DNA of 64,000 nt from Eledone cirrhosa (GCA_964016885.1 OZ024741.1:35898001-35962000); one strand, 5' to 3'; counted from the first letter of the stretch, positions 1 through 14,340 are shown. The notes: a model not told the origin generated them from the letters alone. Program-made: numbers and translations.

Positions 1-1079
1 ACTTTGATCAACTGAACATCTGACTCATGAATTAACATGTAAGTGGTTGGATATTCCAAAGACAATGTAATTCTCTAGTAGAATCAGCATGATACAATGT
101 GTGACAAGGCCAGACCTTTGAATTACAGGTATAGTCCATCCAATAGATTTCAGTCTACCCAATTTCACTCACAAGACTTGGGCCAACTCACCGAAAATAC
201 ACTCACCGAAGATAGGACACATCAGGATTAAACTCCAGACCTTATGATTGCAAATAGCACTTCTTAACCATTCAGCTAGGCTGCGTCCACTGACAGATTT
301 ATATCCATGTTTTCAGGTGTTTTGACTCTCAAAATACCTGAAAACTGTAGCTTTTATTTTGGTTTTTGTTTTGACTTTTTAGTTTTTATTTGACATACAC
401 ACAGAATGTTTGCCATATTTCATACAAAGCTGTCAATTTATACTGTAAGCTTATTATCAGGCTATGGACAGAAGAGGAAACAAAGATATTTATCTTGGCT
501 GAAAATGTTTCCCTTTATGACAGGAAACTCTAAGGAGACATCACCAGATTTCAAGTGGAAAATGGGAAAATGTCCCCAACCTCACCCTCAAGAGAGATAG
601 ACACTTATAGTGCTGTGAGGGAAAATAATAACCACAGAGAGAGTGGGGAGAAAGAGAGATGATTGGAGCGCTCTGCAGAAAGCAACATTGAAGAAACAGT
701 AAATGAGCAACTGTATAAAGTATTTTGTACAAGATGCCACACAGTGAGATCAAACCCAAAGCCTTATGATTGCAAAGCAAACTTCTTAACCACTCAGCCA
801 TGCTGTGCCTAAAGATTTAAACACAGAGATTGGCTAAATCCATTCATTCTAATATGGAAAATTAAAATAATAAATGGATGCAAACTTCATGAAAGTAAAC
901 AAGATTAAATAGCATAGCAAAACAGAAATCAATCCTTACCAAAGAAAGATTTAACTGGCAAACAAATATTTATTTATATTTCTATTTTCTTAAAATTTAA
1001 TCTTCCATAAAAAAATTATATCATTTATGATAGAAAACTTTTTATTTTCTAAAAATCATAATAAAAGACTTTGTAATTT

Positions 1080-1481
1080 TTAAACCCTTTCATTAACATA
1101 TTTCCAATGAAAGATACTGCCTACGGTTTCCAAATCATCTTGAAGAAATAAAGAATTTGGAGAGAATTACTAAAATAACTTCCTCATTATTAACTCTTAA
1201 CATGAAGCAACATCATTAGCAAGACATTCTTGAAAAATATAAAACAACATTGCCTGCATTACATTAAAAATTCAATACTGCAAACTTTTACAAAGATCGA
1301 GTATAAAGTTATTATAAAAATTTAAATTAACAAACCTGTTTTTAGATATTTTCTGCTAAATCATTAGAGAATGTTATGAGCTAAGCTGGTGTTTGGTACA
1401 TAACAAATAAGTTCTTACATAAAATTATGATGGAAGAACAAACAGGGGTGGTTTCAGGTGGTTTGATATCAAAAGGGTTAA
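1080..1481. mobile_element. piggyBac-type MITE family 2 (decayed copies near 2441, 12008, 20320, 21431, 25885, 30067, 30746)
   Basis: AACCCTTT...AAAGGGTTAA ends and shared internal ttccaatgaaaga.actgcc. Confidence 0.55.
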
Positions 1482-3034
1482 TCTTCAACTGTAGAAACAA
1501 GAATAAAATGGATCTCCGTCGGTTTCAATGATGAGTGTTCCAGTTGTTTGATCTATGGATAAGCCTGCTCATGAAATTAACATGTAAGTGGCTGAGCATT
1601 CCACAGACACATGAACTCTTAATATAATTCTCAGTGATTCAGTATGACACAATGAGTAACAAGGCAAGCCCTTTAAATCATAGGAACACTCAATCCTGTA
1701 TTATCAGAATATGTGGCTGTGTATTCCACAGATGTTTACTCTTGATGTAATTCTCAGGGATGACCTTTCAACAATCTAGTATCCAGTCTTGTACACTGTC
1801 ATTTAATGTCACATGAACAGATTAACTTTACTGAACTATGGAATTCCATCTTGTACTTTTGGTTACTTAACACCACGTGGAACTGGGATAAGCTTCAGCA
1901 TGATGGACATTCTGGGCTCCAGAAAGACTTACACTATCCAGTTTTAAGCTGATAGGATGTGGGTCAGAGAGAATATATGTCATTTAGATGATATGTCTAG
2001 AATGTTAATCAACCATTAGTGGTTCGCTTGCTTGCTTCTGCATTCATCATCATTATCATCCAGTTTTTGATTATGCAGGACACAATCCCTAAGTAGGGAT
2101 GGGTCCTGTCTGACAGCACTCCTTAGTGTCCCGCTCCATGTGTTTCTGTCCACCGGTCTCACTTGGGCCAGGTCAAGTCTAGCTTTATCCCAACAGCATT
2201 GATGTGTTGAATATATTTATGAGAATAATATTTAACATACCCAGACATAGTATCTAACTGAAAATTTTGGAAGTTTTTAACAGTAAGGACCCACTATATT
2301 ACTGGTACTCAGTAATTTGGGGGAGTGAAATGTTAAGGGGAATGTTATGCCAACCATTGTACAACCTGGAATCTATATTGTAAACTACCAGAACTATCAT
2401 CATTTATACCATCTTTTTTTAATGCCAGAATATGCAGGCTTTAACACTTTCTAATGAAAGACACAGGTTATGGTTTTCAAATGATTTTGAAAATAATCAA
2501 GAATTTAGAGGAAGTTAGTAATATAGCATTTTCCTTATTAGTCTTGTGTTTGGAATAGAACTTAACCAAACCAGCACCTACATATAAAAATACATATACA
2601 CACACATGAATATATACACAGACACACACACCCACACACAAACACACTGATGTTACTCAGTTCAAACTTATGATAAAAGGCAGTCAACATAATGTCATTT
2701 TTGTTCTTTGAATAATTCCTTCAATTTCATGAATCCAGTTCTGAAGAATTCAGTAAAGTATACTGAAATCCTATCCTCTATCCCACTCCCTTCCCTATCA
2801 GAACATAAGGCTACTGTTATTCCAGTTTAGCCCCATGTCAGCTTTGATCAGGCAGACCTATGATCAAATATATTCTAGCTATGACCATCCCATCTTTTTT
2901 TAAGACATGGTGTGTACACTGCAGAATACATTCTCTAACATGTCCCTTTATTTTTCAGACAGTAATATGTAGTTTAAGGAAGATTTGGCTGCTATTTCTA
3001 ACAGATGATGTGACCATGGCAGTAATGTTGATAT

Positions 3035-3320
3035 ACTTCGATCAGTTTTGATAATGAATATCTGACTGATGAATTAACATGTAAGTGGTTGAATATTCCA
3101 CAGGCACATGTACCCCTTAACATAATTCTTAGGCGGACTCAACCTGACAAACATGTGACACAGTTAGACCTCTGAATTACATATACAGCTCCTTTTCCTA
3201 GCTTAATGAACTGGAGCAAAGTGAAATAAAGTGTGTTGCTCAAGGATACAACACGCCACCAGGAACTGAACTGATGGTCATACAATCATAAGCCAAACAC
3301 TAACTGCTAAGTAACACACC
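3035..3320 (-). mobile_element. tRNA-derived SINE family C (tails also at 1-135 and 1510-1690)
   Basis: tRNA-like head plus shared aattaacatgtaagtgg.tga tail. Confidence 0.65.
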
Positions 3321-4445
3321 TTAACTCTGCATTGATATGGCCTGTAATGCATATGGATGATGACAGTTGAGTGAAGAAGTGCCAGGAGTTTGCAAATGAA
3401 AGAAAGTCATTGAACAGAAAGACATAAAAATGCTAAAACTCACAAAGGAGATAACAAAAGAACACAATGTGTGGCAAGACATTGTTTTGTAGAGAACCCA
3501 TCCAACCCATGCAAGCATGGTAGAGCAGGTATAAAGAATATTTTTATAATTGTTGCATTAAATGGATTAAAATTTTGCCAAATATTAGCAGTTTCAATTG
3601 GTATACCAATCTTATCAAATATTAAAAAATAGTTTGATCTCATATTCTGTGGGCAGTTAGAACATTCTAACTACCCACAGAATATGAGAAGTAACTTCTT
3701 GTTTTAACCCTTTAGCATTTACATTACAAGTTAAGGCTTTATCTCACATAATATGGAATCTATGATAATATTTTATTTTGAGAACAATACCTTAATGTCA
3801 GTATGAGTGGCCGGTTATGGCCAGTTTGAACAGAAAAAAAAGTAAAAGAATTATGACCGGAGATGGCCAGTTTAAATGCTAAAGGATTAAAATTTGATAA
3901 TAATATGTGATTTGAGCACATTATAAAACAAATTAGGCCTATTTCTTCTGTTCTTGCTGTTTAAACTGTTTCCACATATCTTTGATTTTAATGCCAGAAT
4001 ATATATGAACAATAAAATCTCTTATGGCTCTGTATTCTCTAATGAGGTATAACATGTTCATATATTTTAATGAAAACTTGTTCGTGTCTAGAGAAGTTGT
4101 AGAATAGTTTTTTTTTCTTATTTTATCTTTTACTGGTTTCATAATCAGTTGTACTTCTGTGGTCAGGTGATCAGCAATTGGGTAATGCATTTGGTGGAAA
4201 ATCTATGTTAGCATCCTATAGAGAACTAGTGGTAGGTGTTGGCCAGAATGAATTGTCTAGTCTGCTTCAGAAGAATTTCTAGAAATCCCTGGCTTGGGAG
4301 AGAAGTGTCGGGGGGGTATTGCCAGTTCAAGACAAATTCTACAGGCATGGAAGTGCTGAACATAAAGGGATGTAACTATATACCACAAAGCATGATCTCC
4401 AACACTCTACCAATACTACTAATCCACTGCCATAAAACTATTAAC

Positions 4446-4664
4446 TGGTGACTTGGCAGTATCAGCAGAGCGTTGGACACCATGCTTTATGGCATATAGT
4501 TACAGCCCTTTATGTTCTGAGTTCAAATCCTGCCATGATTGCCTTTCATCCTTACGGGGTCGATAAATAAAGCACCAGTACTGTACTGGGTTCGATTTAA
4601 TCAACTTTCCTCTCCACTTCAAAATGCTGGCCGTGTACCTATTCTAGAAACAATTATTATTATT
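4446..4664 (+). mobile_element. SINE family A
   Basis: Same head and core, (ATT)n tail. More copies at about 27640, 29187, 36260, 47436 (-), 55420 (-), 59534 and 59760. Confidence 0.8.
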
Positions 4665-5202
4665 TATATACATTTAGATTTATATCTATTTAGTGTAATG
4701 ATGTCAAGTAGGTGTTACTGGTACTTGAAGTGTATTCTTCACTGTTATCTCTACGCCAGTTATACAGTGTAGTGTCTAGTGGTCACTCCTTCTGTTCTCC
4801 ACCAATTTCAGATGGCCTTTTATTTTGTTTTTTTACTGTGTAACTTCTTTATTTAAATAACAAATCTACAATACTGTATAACTTAATGGTATTGTTGTTG
4901 TTCTCATCATCGTGTGTGGGGGGGAGGGGTCTGTCATGGATGTTTTTAAGAGAATCTTTGATCATAATAAAGAAAATGAAAGAAAAACAATGGAAAAAAG
5001 GCAAAAAGGCTTGGGTGGGGGAGTGATAGGGAGGGTAGGAGAAATCTCTGCACACTTTATCTGCCTGGTATATATCAGCTGTGGGCTATGAATAAGATGA
5101 TGAAAGGATTGTGTTGCCAGCAGCATTAGTAATAATACCTGTTGCATTAGGCATTCCACCTTGCAGGAAGTAGGAAGGGGAGCTTCCTTCCTCAGACATA
5201 AT

Positions 5203-5385
5203 TGTTTCTACTTTAGGCACAAGGCCAACAATTACCCAGTACATTACTGGTACTTTATTTTATCGACTCCGTAAGGATGAAAGGCAAAGTTAACCTCGAC
5301 AGGATTTGAACTCAGAATGGCAAGGGCTGTAACTATGCGTCAAAGCATGGCGACCGACCCTCTACCGATACTGCCAATCCACTGC
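5203..5385 (-). mobile_element. tRNA-derived SINE family A (Nin/Deu-like core) with 13-bp TSD
   Basis: B box gagttcaaatcc, core ctttgcctttcatcctt..gg.gtcgataaaat; TSD CCTCAGACATAAT at 5190-5202 and 5386-5398. Confidence 0.85.
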
Positions 5386-5599
5386 CCTCAGACATAATGC
5401 CCTTCTCCTGTAGCTAGGCTTTTTACTGTGAATTTGTGTTAGTTAACTGGCAATGCCACAACACTGTAACGTTTAGCTGTAGTTGTGCCTGTCATCAGTG
5501 TTTGATTGTAATACTGACCTTTGTGTTTGTTAGCTGGGACTTGAGCGGTGTACTAATGAGGAAAGGAGTGTCGCGGAAACTGAAGAGAAAATGTGTATG

Positions 5600-6027
5600 C
5601 TATATGCTTGAGAAGTTCTGTGATTTATGGGAACGAGACACGGATGTGTGATGAACATTGAGCAGCTGAGACAGAAAGAACAGAAATGAGAATGGTCTGG
5701 TGGATGAGTGGAGGAGCATCAGTGAGAGAAGGGAAAGCAAAAAACGAAATGTAGATGATGAAGAGAATAGAGTCAATGATGAATATTGTGAAGAGAAAAG
5801 GATTGAGATGGTCTGAAAGAGATTGGGTGAGAAATATGGTGAAAATGAATGTGGAAAGAAACACTGGAAGGGAAAGACCAAGAAAGACATGGCTTACATT
5901 GGAGCTAAAAATAACAGCCAGTGAGAAGTGAAGAAGGATGCAGAGATGTTTGGTTATGCACACACACATATAAACATATAACCCATGCTAGTGTGGAAAA
6001 TAGACGTTAAACAATGATGATGATGAT
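5600..6027 (+). mobile_element. Old RTE LINE 3' fragment
   Basis: Degenerate gggaaagaccaagaaagacatgg (GRPRKTW) and acccatgctagtgtggaaaatagacgttaaa + (GAT)n end. Confidence 0.65.
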
Positions 6028-6165
6028 ATATATAAACACACATATATATGCACACACACACGTGTGTGTGTGTGTGTGTGTGTATCCCGGGTTCAATCGG
6101 GGGTAACCACAGTAAGTAAGGTACTCAATACATAGCAGAGTATAAATATTTAATATAGAAATGGC

Positions 6166-6210
6166 TTCTACAGGACTAGAACTGTTTCATTCCAAGGAAA
6201 TCATCAGGAA
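6166..6210 (-). ncRNA. Type I hammerhead ribozyme motif
   Basis: ttc CTGATGA t ttcc tt ggaa t GAAA cag-ttctagtc-ctg TA gaa. Confidence 0.65.
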
Positions 6211-6746
6211 AGTTTCCTGATGATTTCCACATACATACACTACCAAGTCAGCCTTCATCTGGGACATAATAGTTATCTGTTAAACTACTACTAGTACCAC
6301 CAACACCACAACTACTGCTACAACCATTATCATTACTACTACTACAATTACTTCTGCTACTAGGTTACCACATATAACTATTAGTTTCAAGGTTTTCTTT
6401 TCTCCATCAGTCATTTGTAAAACTATATTGTTTAATTTATTTCATTATTTTGTGATTGTATAAAATTTCAGGTCTTGGAAGTTGCTTGTCTCTAGTATGT
6501 ATGTCTCTTTGTTTGGTGTTTTTTTGTGTGTTTGTGTTATATGTGTATGTGTATATATCTGTGTATATATGTATGTATCTTTGTATATATGTGTGTGAGT
6601 ATACATGTGTATCTGTGTGAATGTCTGTGTATATATGTATTTTTGTTTGTGTGTGTGTGCACACGTGTATATATCTATGTTTGTGAGCATAAGTTCCTGT
6701 AAGTGTCTGTTTTCAGTGTTTCTGTATGTGTATATATATAAATATA

Positions 6747-7223
6747 GGTGGAAATTGTAGTTTACTTGAAGCATTGCGTAATGAGGTATAAACGTTTGGA
6801 GATAGAAGGCCAAAACAATGCAGGTATGGATATAGAATATAAATACAAATGTAAAAGATATTGCTGACAATTAGTCTTTTACCTTAAATTTATTTGAATA
6901 TCCTTAATTTTCGAGATAATGTCTCTTCTTCCGAGGGATGTAAAGAGGTTAATCCAGTGTTCTAATTAGCTTGCCAAGTCATGTTGACAGGACATTAGAA
7001 ATAGGAAATGGTATAGAAATTCCATTCTGTCAGCATGACTTGGCAAGCTAATTAGAACACTGGATTAACCCCTTTACCTCCCTCCAAAGAAGAGATATTA
7101 TCTCGAAAATTAAGGATATTCAAATAAATTTAAGGTAAAAGACTAATTGTCAGCAATATCTTTTGCATTTGTATTTATATTCTATATCCATACCTGCATT
7201 GTTTTGGCCTTCTAACTCCAAAC

Positions 7224-7230
<7 letters not shown>
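6747..7230. repeat. Fold-back insert: 204-bp inverted arms + 40-nt tail, in (TA)n
   Basis: 6787-6990 / 7027-7230 are reverse complements with a few mismatches. Confidence 0.85.
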
Positions 7231-7282
<52 letters not shown>

Positions 7283-7369
7283 AAAACACTGAAAACAGAC
7301 ACTTACAGGAACTTATGCTCACAAACATAGATATATACACGTGTGCACACACACATATATATATATCCC

Positions 7370-7745
7370 AAATCCCGAGCCTTCTGACTCCTGTTGGAAG
7401 AACCCCTTCACCACTTCCTATCTCTGACCATATTGGGCCATGTGGGGCTGGAGTATCTGGTCAGATCATCAAACCATCTGGTCTTTGGTTAGCCTCTGGT
7501 TCCTCTCCACTACCTTGGCATCCACTCTGTCACTAATAGTCCACCTGTTTCTGAAATAAGAGATGTGGCCAGCCCATCTATGTTTGTCCTTGATGGTTTC
7601 AATTTTGCCATTCACACTAGTCTGCTGTCAAATCCAGGTGTTGCTCTTCCTGTCACATAAGGTGATGCTGAGCATGATTCGCTCCGTTTTACATTGGGTC
7701 ACTGCAAGAGTCTCTGCAGTGGTGGTGTTGAGTGGCAATGTCTAA
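7370..7745 (-). mobile_element. Old RTE-group LINE 3' fragment
   Basis: Minus strand agatgggctggccacatc (RWAGHI) and degenerate KR.RG.P..RW.D. Confidence 0.55.
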
Positions 7746-8088
7746 CTTCCATATATACATACATATATACACCTCCATACATACATATATACATACATAT
7801 ATACACCTATATATATGTGTGTGTGTGTGTATATATATGTGTGTGTGTGTGAGTACACAATAGATGTAGTGGGATCTCAGGAAGTTTAGCTAAGAATGTA
7901 GGCTTTAGATGTAGTGGTTGCACCGGGACAGTAAGCAGCAAATGATAACTATAGGAAACAAACAATATCAAATTCTGGGACGGCTTGGTAGAAACAATAG
8001 ACAGCTTCTGCTACCTGGGTGACCAAATTAGCAACAGAGGTGGGTGTTTTAAATGTACAGTAGCCAGAGTAAGAAGTATGGTGTATAA

Positions 8089-9602
8089 CAGGAGTCAGCA
8101 ACCCTCGGCCTGCGGGCCACATCCGGCCCTTGAGTGATTTTTGTCCGGCCCGCCATCTTACACTGGACACTAATTATCTAATTAGTATCGAATACAGATA
8201 CAGTAGTTCACTTCAAGGTTGTGCCAACATGATGCCCATCACAAATCGCTGCTCATACCGTATATATTTACCTTTGTAACCTTAATATATTTTCCATTTA
8301 TTATTATTTCCTCTTATCCATCTTTTTCTGGGCTTTCCGCCAAGCATTATATCACCTGTATTATTATTTCCTGTGATTTCATGTATGTGTTTTTGTTCCA
8401 GTCAACAAACACAAATGTTGGCTGGAAATATGCATTTTCGCCAGCGACTGGAAGGTATATTACCTTACGGTTCGCATAACTCGCTTTTATACCCATATTG
8501 TCATTCAATAAAATCACTCGTGAATTATTGTCGTCTTCATTTGCCTGACCTTACCTGTGCCCCCTGGCACAAGGTAAAGCTGTCTTTGGAAAAATTACTT
8601 TGTTCCTTCCTCCCCAGAGTATTTTCATTTGAGTTTGTTGTCTGGTGGTATAACAACTATACAGTAGGTATCTTTATTCGATAATAATGTCTATTTAATT
8701 ATTTGTGATAAATTGTGTGAATTATTATTATTAGAATTAGGCCAAAAGTGGTTTAAAAAAACAAATGGCAACCCTGATCTAACAACGTCGTTAGAAACCT
8801 GGTTTTATATAATTTATTCACAATTATCATATTTTATCGCATTACTGTATTTGCATTTACATTTGTTTTCATTGTTTTTTATTTCTTCATTCTGATTATT
8901 ATACTTTTTGTTCTTTTTCCTTTCCATAAATCTTTTTTGTTTGAACAAAAACAAGTCCATGGAAGCTAAGAAAAGAAAAGTCGATTTGGAGTGCCGAACT
9001 TTTAAGAAGAATATCAGTTGGAGTTAATTGACTTACAGTACGACAAATCTTTGAAATCGAAATTTCAGTTCGAATCCACTGCTGACTTCGACAAGAAATA
9101 TATATTGCCAAGCAGAAAATATAAAAACATCTTGACTAATGCGAAACTGATGATATCATTATTTGGAAGTACATATGCTTGTGAACAACTTTTTTCCAAA
9201 ATGAAATATACTAAAAGTCATTTAAGAAAAAGGTTGCGTGACGACCACCTGGTTGATGTTTTGTTCTTGTCATCGACAAATATTTCACCTGATGTGGAGA
9301 AGTTATCGCACAATAAACAGAAACAAGTGTCTCATTAAATCATTTACCATTTCTAACTGTATTTCGTTTGTAGCAAGGAATTTGCTTTTTTTTTTGTTGA
9401 TTGTGTTTGTAGTTTTTTTTTCTTTTTTTTTTTTGTTATTCCTGCAGTAAAATAAGGGGCCTTGTTAAAATAAAATTATATTAAATTCCTTGTTTTGCTT
9501 TAAACCTCCAGAAAATTTATTTACATATTTAATAACATGGCCCTCCTCCATGACACTGCATAGCTGTTTGGCCCTCTCTCTCCAAAAGGTTGCCGACCCC
9601 TC
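8089..9602 (+). mobile_element. hAT (Charlie/GTF2IRD2-like) DNA transposon, internal-deletion derivative
   Basis: TIRs caggagtcagcaacc / ggttgccgacccctc; perfect 8-bp TSD GTGTATAA (8081-8088, 9603-9610); transposase remnants. Confidence 0.9.
8959..9338 (+). pseudogene. hAT transposase remnant: N-terminus joined to C-terminal dimerisation region
   Basis: MEAKKRKVDLECRTF at 8959, then out of frame ELIDLQ...SLFGSTYACEQLFSKMK...RL.DDHL. Confidence 0.8.
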
Positions 9603-12600
9603 GTGTATAATGTATAATTTTACATAGAAATAGTCAAAAGGTTACTGAATGAGCACTTTTGCAGAAAGTAATGGCCCCACTTAATGTATTTCTGTTCTCC
9701 CTACCACAGCATACAAACTTATACAAGTTCTTTAACTTTACTAACTAACCAAACTAGAGTCAGCTAGTGAGTGTTATTTTGTTGGAATTCAGCAATCACA
9801 TCACTAATATCTTGTATACACATTCACCACACCATGTAGATAACTCACTACATTGATGTGTAGATAAGACACACATCACTACATAGATAACACACAACTC
9901 TCTATACAACACACACATACATACCTCACTATAAATTAAGGCACACAACAAACTACAATACACTTACACAGAACATTCACTACACACACACATGCGTGCG
10001 CTTCACCATAAAACATATATACACATACACCCCACCATATAACAAGCAACTTACTACACACACATTGCACCTCACCATAAAACACATTTACACACACCTC
10101 ACCACAGAATACATTTACACACATCTCACCATAGAACACACACATCATCGCAACACCACAACACGTGATGCCAATAAATTGCACAGACATCAAAACCATA
10201 GAACTCAAACCCATAGACCAAGATATGTGATAGTGATGGTGGAGAGGATTAAATAGGAGTGGTATACTTAGAATCTGCCATCTTCACCATTCTCCCCACC
10301 TAAACCACCTACCCCACACCACGTACAGTTTCCTAAAAATCTACAAGTCTGACCAGCCATAAAAACACTAAAGCTTTTATATTAATTACAACACTATTAT
10401 TACAACACCATCCTAGAATTACACATTCTCTCGTGTGACCCAAATAAACAAAACACAGAAAATAGTTCCAGCATTAATTGCCTCTGTAGGTTCAAAGCCC
10501 TCACTGAGTTAGGCAGCCAGCACAACCTTGCTCAGCACAGTCCAGCCTAGCCCAGCCCATTCGAGAAATGGATGCCACCATCATGCTCCTAACTTTCACC
10601 AACACCAACACCATTATCATCACTAATATTTCTGGACATGAGTCAATGAAGAAGCTTCTTTGCAGTCTTCCAATCTGCTAGAAATAATAGCCAAATCCTC
10701 CTCAAATCACACCCCACTATTAATCCTTTGAACCCTGAAACCTCCACTTTGTGTGCAGCCCCCAGCCCTGGACATCCATCCGCACAAAAATCACTGACAA
10801 AATAATACTCATCAATTAAATCTGAAAAGAAAAGATAAACATATGAACTTGACAAAAATGAACAACTCAGACTGAAGCAAGTGTAAAATGGTTGCTGATT
10901 TGTGCAGAAAGCTGTGTGAATAATCATAGCAAATAGAAGTGTACGGTAGAACAGAATACTGGATTAGTAGGATATAGTCATACATTGTCGAAACTGGAAT
11001 ATCATGCTGGTTCAGAGAGTTTTTAGATAAATGTAAACACTTTAACTCTTTAGCATTTAAACTGGCCATATCTCGCCAGAATTCTCACCTCTTTTTGTTC
11101 AAACCAGCCGTAACTGGCCAATCATACTGATGTTAAGGTATTTTTCTCAAAATAAATAATATCAAAACCTTATAGATTCGATATTATGTGAGATAATAAT
11201 TTGAGGTTAAAGCCTTTATCATGAAAATACAATAGTATATATAGAGTAATCATCATCATCATCATTTTATGTCCGCTTTTCCTTGCTTGCAAGGGTGGGA
11301 CGGGTCCTCTTCAGCACAGCATCTCTCCAATAATGTAAATGTTTAATAATGTAAAGCTTTATATTATAAAGCCAGAGACAATTTCAGGTAGTTTGGTATC
11401 AAAATGGTTATGGGAACTTCAAGAAACAACAGCATATCAGATCAAAAGACATCTGACTTGCCAACATTACAAGTATTGAATTGTCTTTCTAGAGTAAGAC
11501 ATTTAACTCTACCTTATGAAAGGCTTCTTGTTTAATGAGGGCAATTATTTCCAAGACTACCACAACTCTTACATCAAGTGCATTTACCATCGGAATATAT
11601 ATTCATGAACAGAAATCTAATCCTTAAAGAAAATTAAATTAACAGCATCCTTACATTACATTATTAGAGTGGTGTAAATGTTCTGTTTGAAGTTTATAGA
11701 AAACCATGAATTTATCTTTAGTCTTTTCTTGAAGTTGCAAACTTTCTGGGTTTCTTAAAATTCCAATGTATATGTTGACTACAAGCAACCATGTTTAACC
11801 CTTTAGCATTTAAACCAGTTGTATCTGGCCAGAATTCTCTCATCTATTTCTGTTCAAACCAGCCATAACTAGTTTCTTATACTGATGTTAAGGTATTGTT
11901 CTCAAAATAAATAATATCAAAATCCCATAGATTTGGTATTATGTGAGATAAGGTTACTCTATATTTACTATTGTATTTTCATGAAAATACAATAGAAAAT
12001 ATAGAGTAACCTTTTTAATACCAACATGCCCCCAAAACCATCATAGAACCAAAACCATTCATTTTAAAGGGTTCTAATTTAAATTAAAATCTCCCTATAT
12101 AATTTGATATAGGAACCATTTGTTATGTTATAAATGCCATCTTAATAATTAAATAATTTTAGTAAGTCCTCCAAAATTCTTCATTAATTAATTGAAATAC
12201 AGTATATGCCAATAGAAATATGGTCATGAAAATGTTAAATACATATCCTCTTTCTTCTTTCATCCTAATCTCTCTCTTTCTCATGTCTTTCCTCTTTCCT
12301 GTTTTCTCAATCTTTTTTTTTTGGGGGGGGGGGGGGGCATTTCTAGGCCTAAAGTTTGTAGTTTCAATTCAACAAACCTCTCATAATTCTTGATTATTTA
12401 GAACACAAAGAATTATGATCAGGAAAAGGTTAATATCAAGCTGATTTATTGTACAGACAATACTTGAAAGGAAAACCAAAAAACAAATTGATTTAGATTT
12501 AGTTTCCTCACAATTGTTGGACAAACAAGTCAATCTAAATATTTTACTTTGATTGAATTTTTTTGAGTGTATCTCAAACTATATATGGATATCAAACTGA

Positions 12601-13152
12601 TCCAATTTTCCAATATGAGCTCGATAATATACTCTATATAGTCATTGAGATTTAGTAAAACTATCTCTCGGTTGGTCATTGACACTCCTATGCCCCCCCC
12701 CCCCCCCCCCCATACACCTACTACACACATATATGTAACTGAATCATTCTTAATCTCAACTGACATCTTGATCACAAATCACAGATGCTGACTGCTTCCT
12801 TTGACCCAAAACACCAATGATTTCTTTTCTTCTTTGCTCTCCTTCATTCACCAACATCAGTCTCTCCCTTACACATACACACACATATGGAACAGCACAT
12901 TAAAAAACAAGTGGATAATGGCATGTCCAAGATCAATTTCTGCTAGTATGTCAGTCTGCAGAATATATGCAATAGTATCTCTTGTGATACTGCATCCTTC
13001 TAATCTTACACATACATACGCGCACATTCACACACAAACATACACCTATATAAGCATACATGTGTTTATGTATGTATGTATATATGAACATATATTTATA
13101 TATATAAGTGTGTGTGTATATATATGTGTATACATGTATATATATATATATA

Positions 13153-13183
<31 letters not shown>

Positions 13184-13184
13184 G

Positions 13185-13389
13185 TGTAGACGCCACAGAA
13201 AAAAAGCACCCAGCAGTCACTGTAAATGAGGTTGGTGTTAGGAAGGGCATCCAGCTGTAGAAATCAAGCCAGAATCATTTCCTGTATGAGCAAGACAAGG
13301 TTAGCCGGCTGGACACTGCCCACAACAGGACAACCCGTCTAACCCATGCTAGCGTGGAAGAACGGATGTAAAACGGTGATGATGATGAT
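13185..13389 (+). mobile_element. RTE 3' UTR fragment (related copies at 14633-14810 -, 24495-24658 +, 47960-48022 +)
   Basis: gttggtgttaggaagggcatccagctgtagaaa...acccatgctagcgtggaagaacgg + (GAT)n. Confidence 0.8.
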
Positions 13390-13400
13390 ACATCTGTGTG

Positions 13401-13434
<34 letters not shown>

Positions 13435-13987
13435 GGAACAAGTAAGACCCTAAGTATTGAGTACTTTGGTGCGTTATGGTCCACCTGGTTCCTTACTACA
13501 TTTCCTTCGTTATATATATATATATAGTTAGGGAAGCAGAAAATTGCTTATTGTAATCCAGTTCGTGGTTAAGAAAGCCATAGGGGTACGCTTAGGGGTA
13601 ACTCCACAAGTTTGTAAGAATCACGTTCAATCTTGGAGTATAAAGGATAAAAGAGAAAACACAGGTAAGCATTAAAAAAAGGATTTTATCCAGGTATTTA
13701 GGACCGTTTCATTGGTAAGTGCAACATTATATTGCTATACTGCAAATAGCAGCCACTCAATAATAATTGTTGTTCACGTCCAAATTTTCAAAATAGTGAA
13801 TAAGTTACTTTTAAAAAGTTCTTAATATATAGAAAAACATTTTTTTGGAATTGTATTTACTAGTATAGAGAGAAAGGAAGAGGAATTAGAAAGTGGATTG
13901 ACAAACGGAGTAAAAAATGTATATAAACATACCAAGATTACGTTTCTACCGCATGGGGTTTCATTCGTTTTTGGAAATATCCGATCA

Positions 13988-14027
<40 letters not shown>

Positions 14028-14258
14028 ATGACTTTGTCTAGTTTGTGTATATGTAAATCTTTATATTTGATAATCTCCCATATGGTTGAGATGCAATTTA
14101 GGCAATATTAGGCTGCGCTTTCTAGCAACCAGCCCACTCACCGTAAAGCACCAATCACATTCTTTCTGACTTGACCACTGCCACGTCACAGTTCTTAGCC
14201 ATTTTGAATTCGTTTCTGGCGGGGATCATTTAAGAAAAATCTTCGTCCAAGTGAGTTT

Positions 14259-14340
14259 GTTTCCTGATGATTTCGAAGCTCGTGAATTTATCCTTGATCG
14301 GATATTTCCAAAAGCGAATGAAACCCCATGGGGTAGAAAC
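14259..14340 (+). ncRNA. Type I hammerhead ribozyme motif, palindromic stem III
   Basis: gtttc CTGATGA t ttcg...cgaa t GAAA ccccatgggg TA gaaac. Confidence 0.75.

Noticed and set aside
3939-4190. 83-aa ORF
   Set aside because: No recognisable motif and no in-frame splice acceptor.
13685-13796. Minus-strand hammerhead remnant
   Set aside because: The core reads TTGAAAA and the cleavage site is not UH; too decayed to call.
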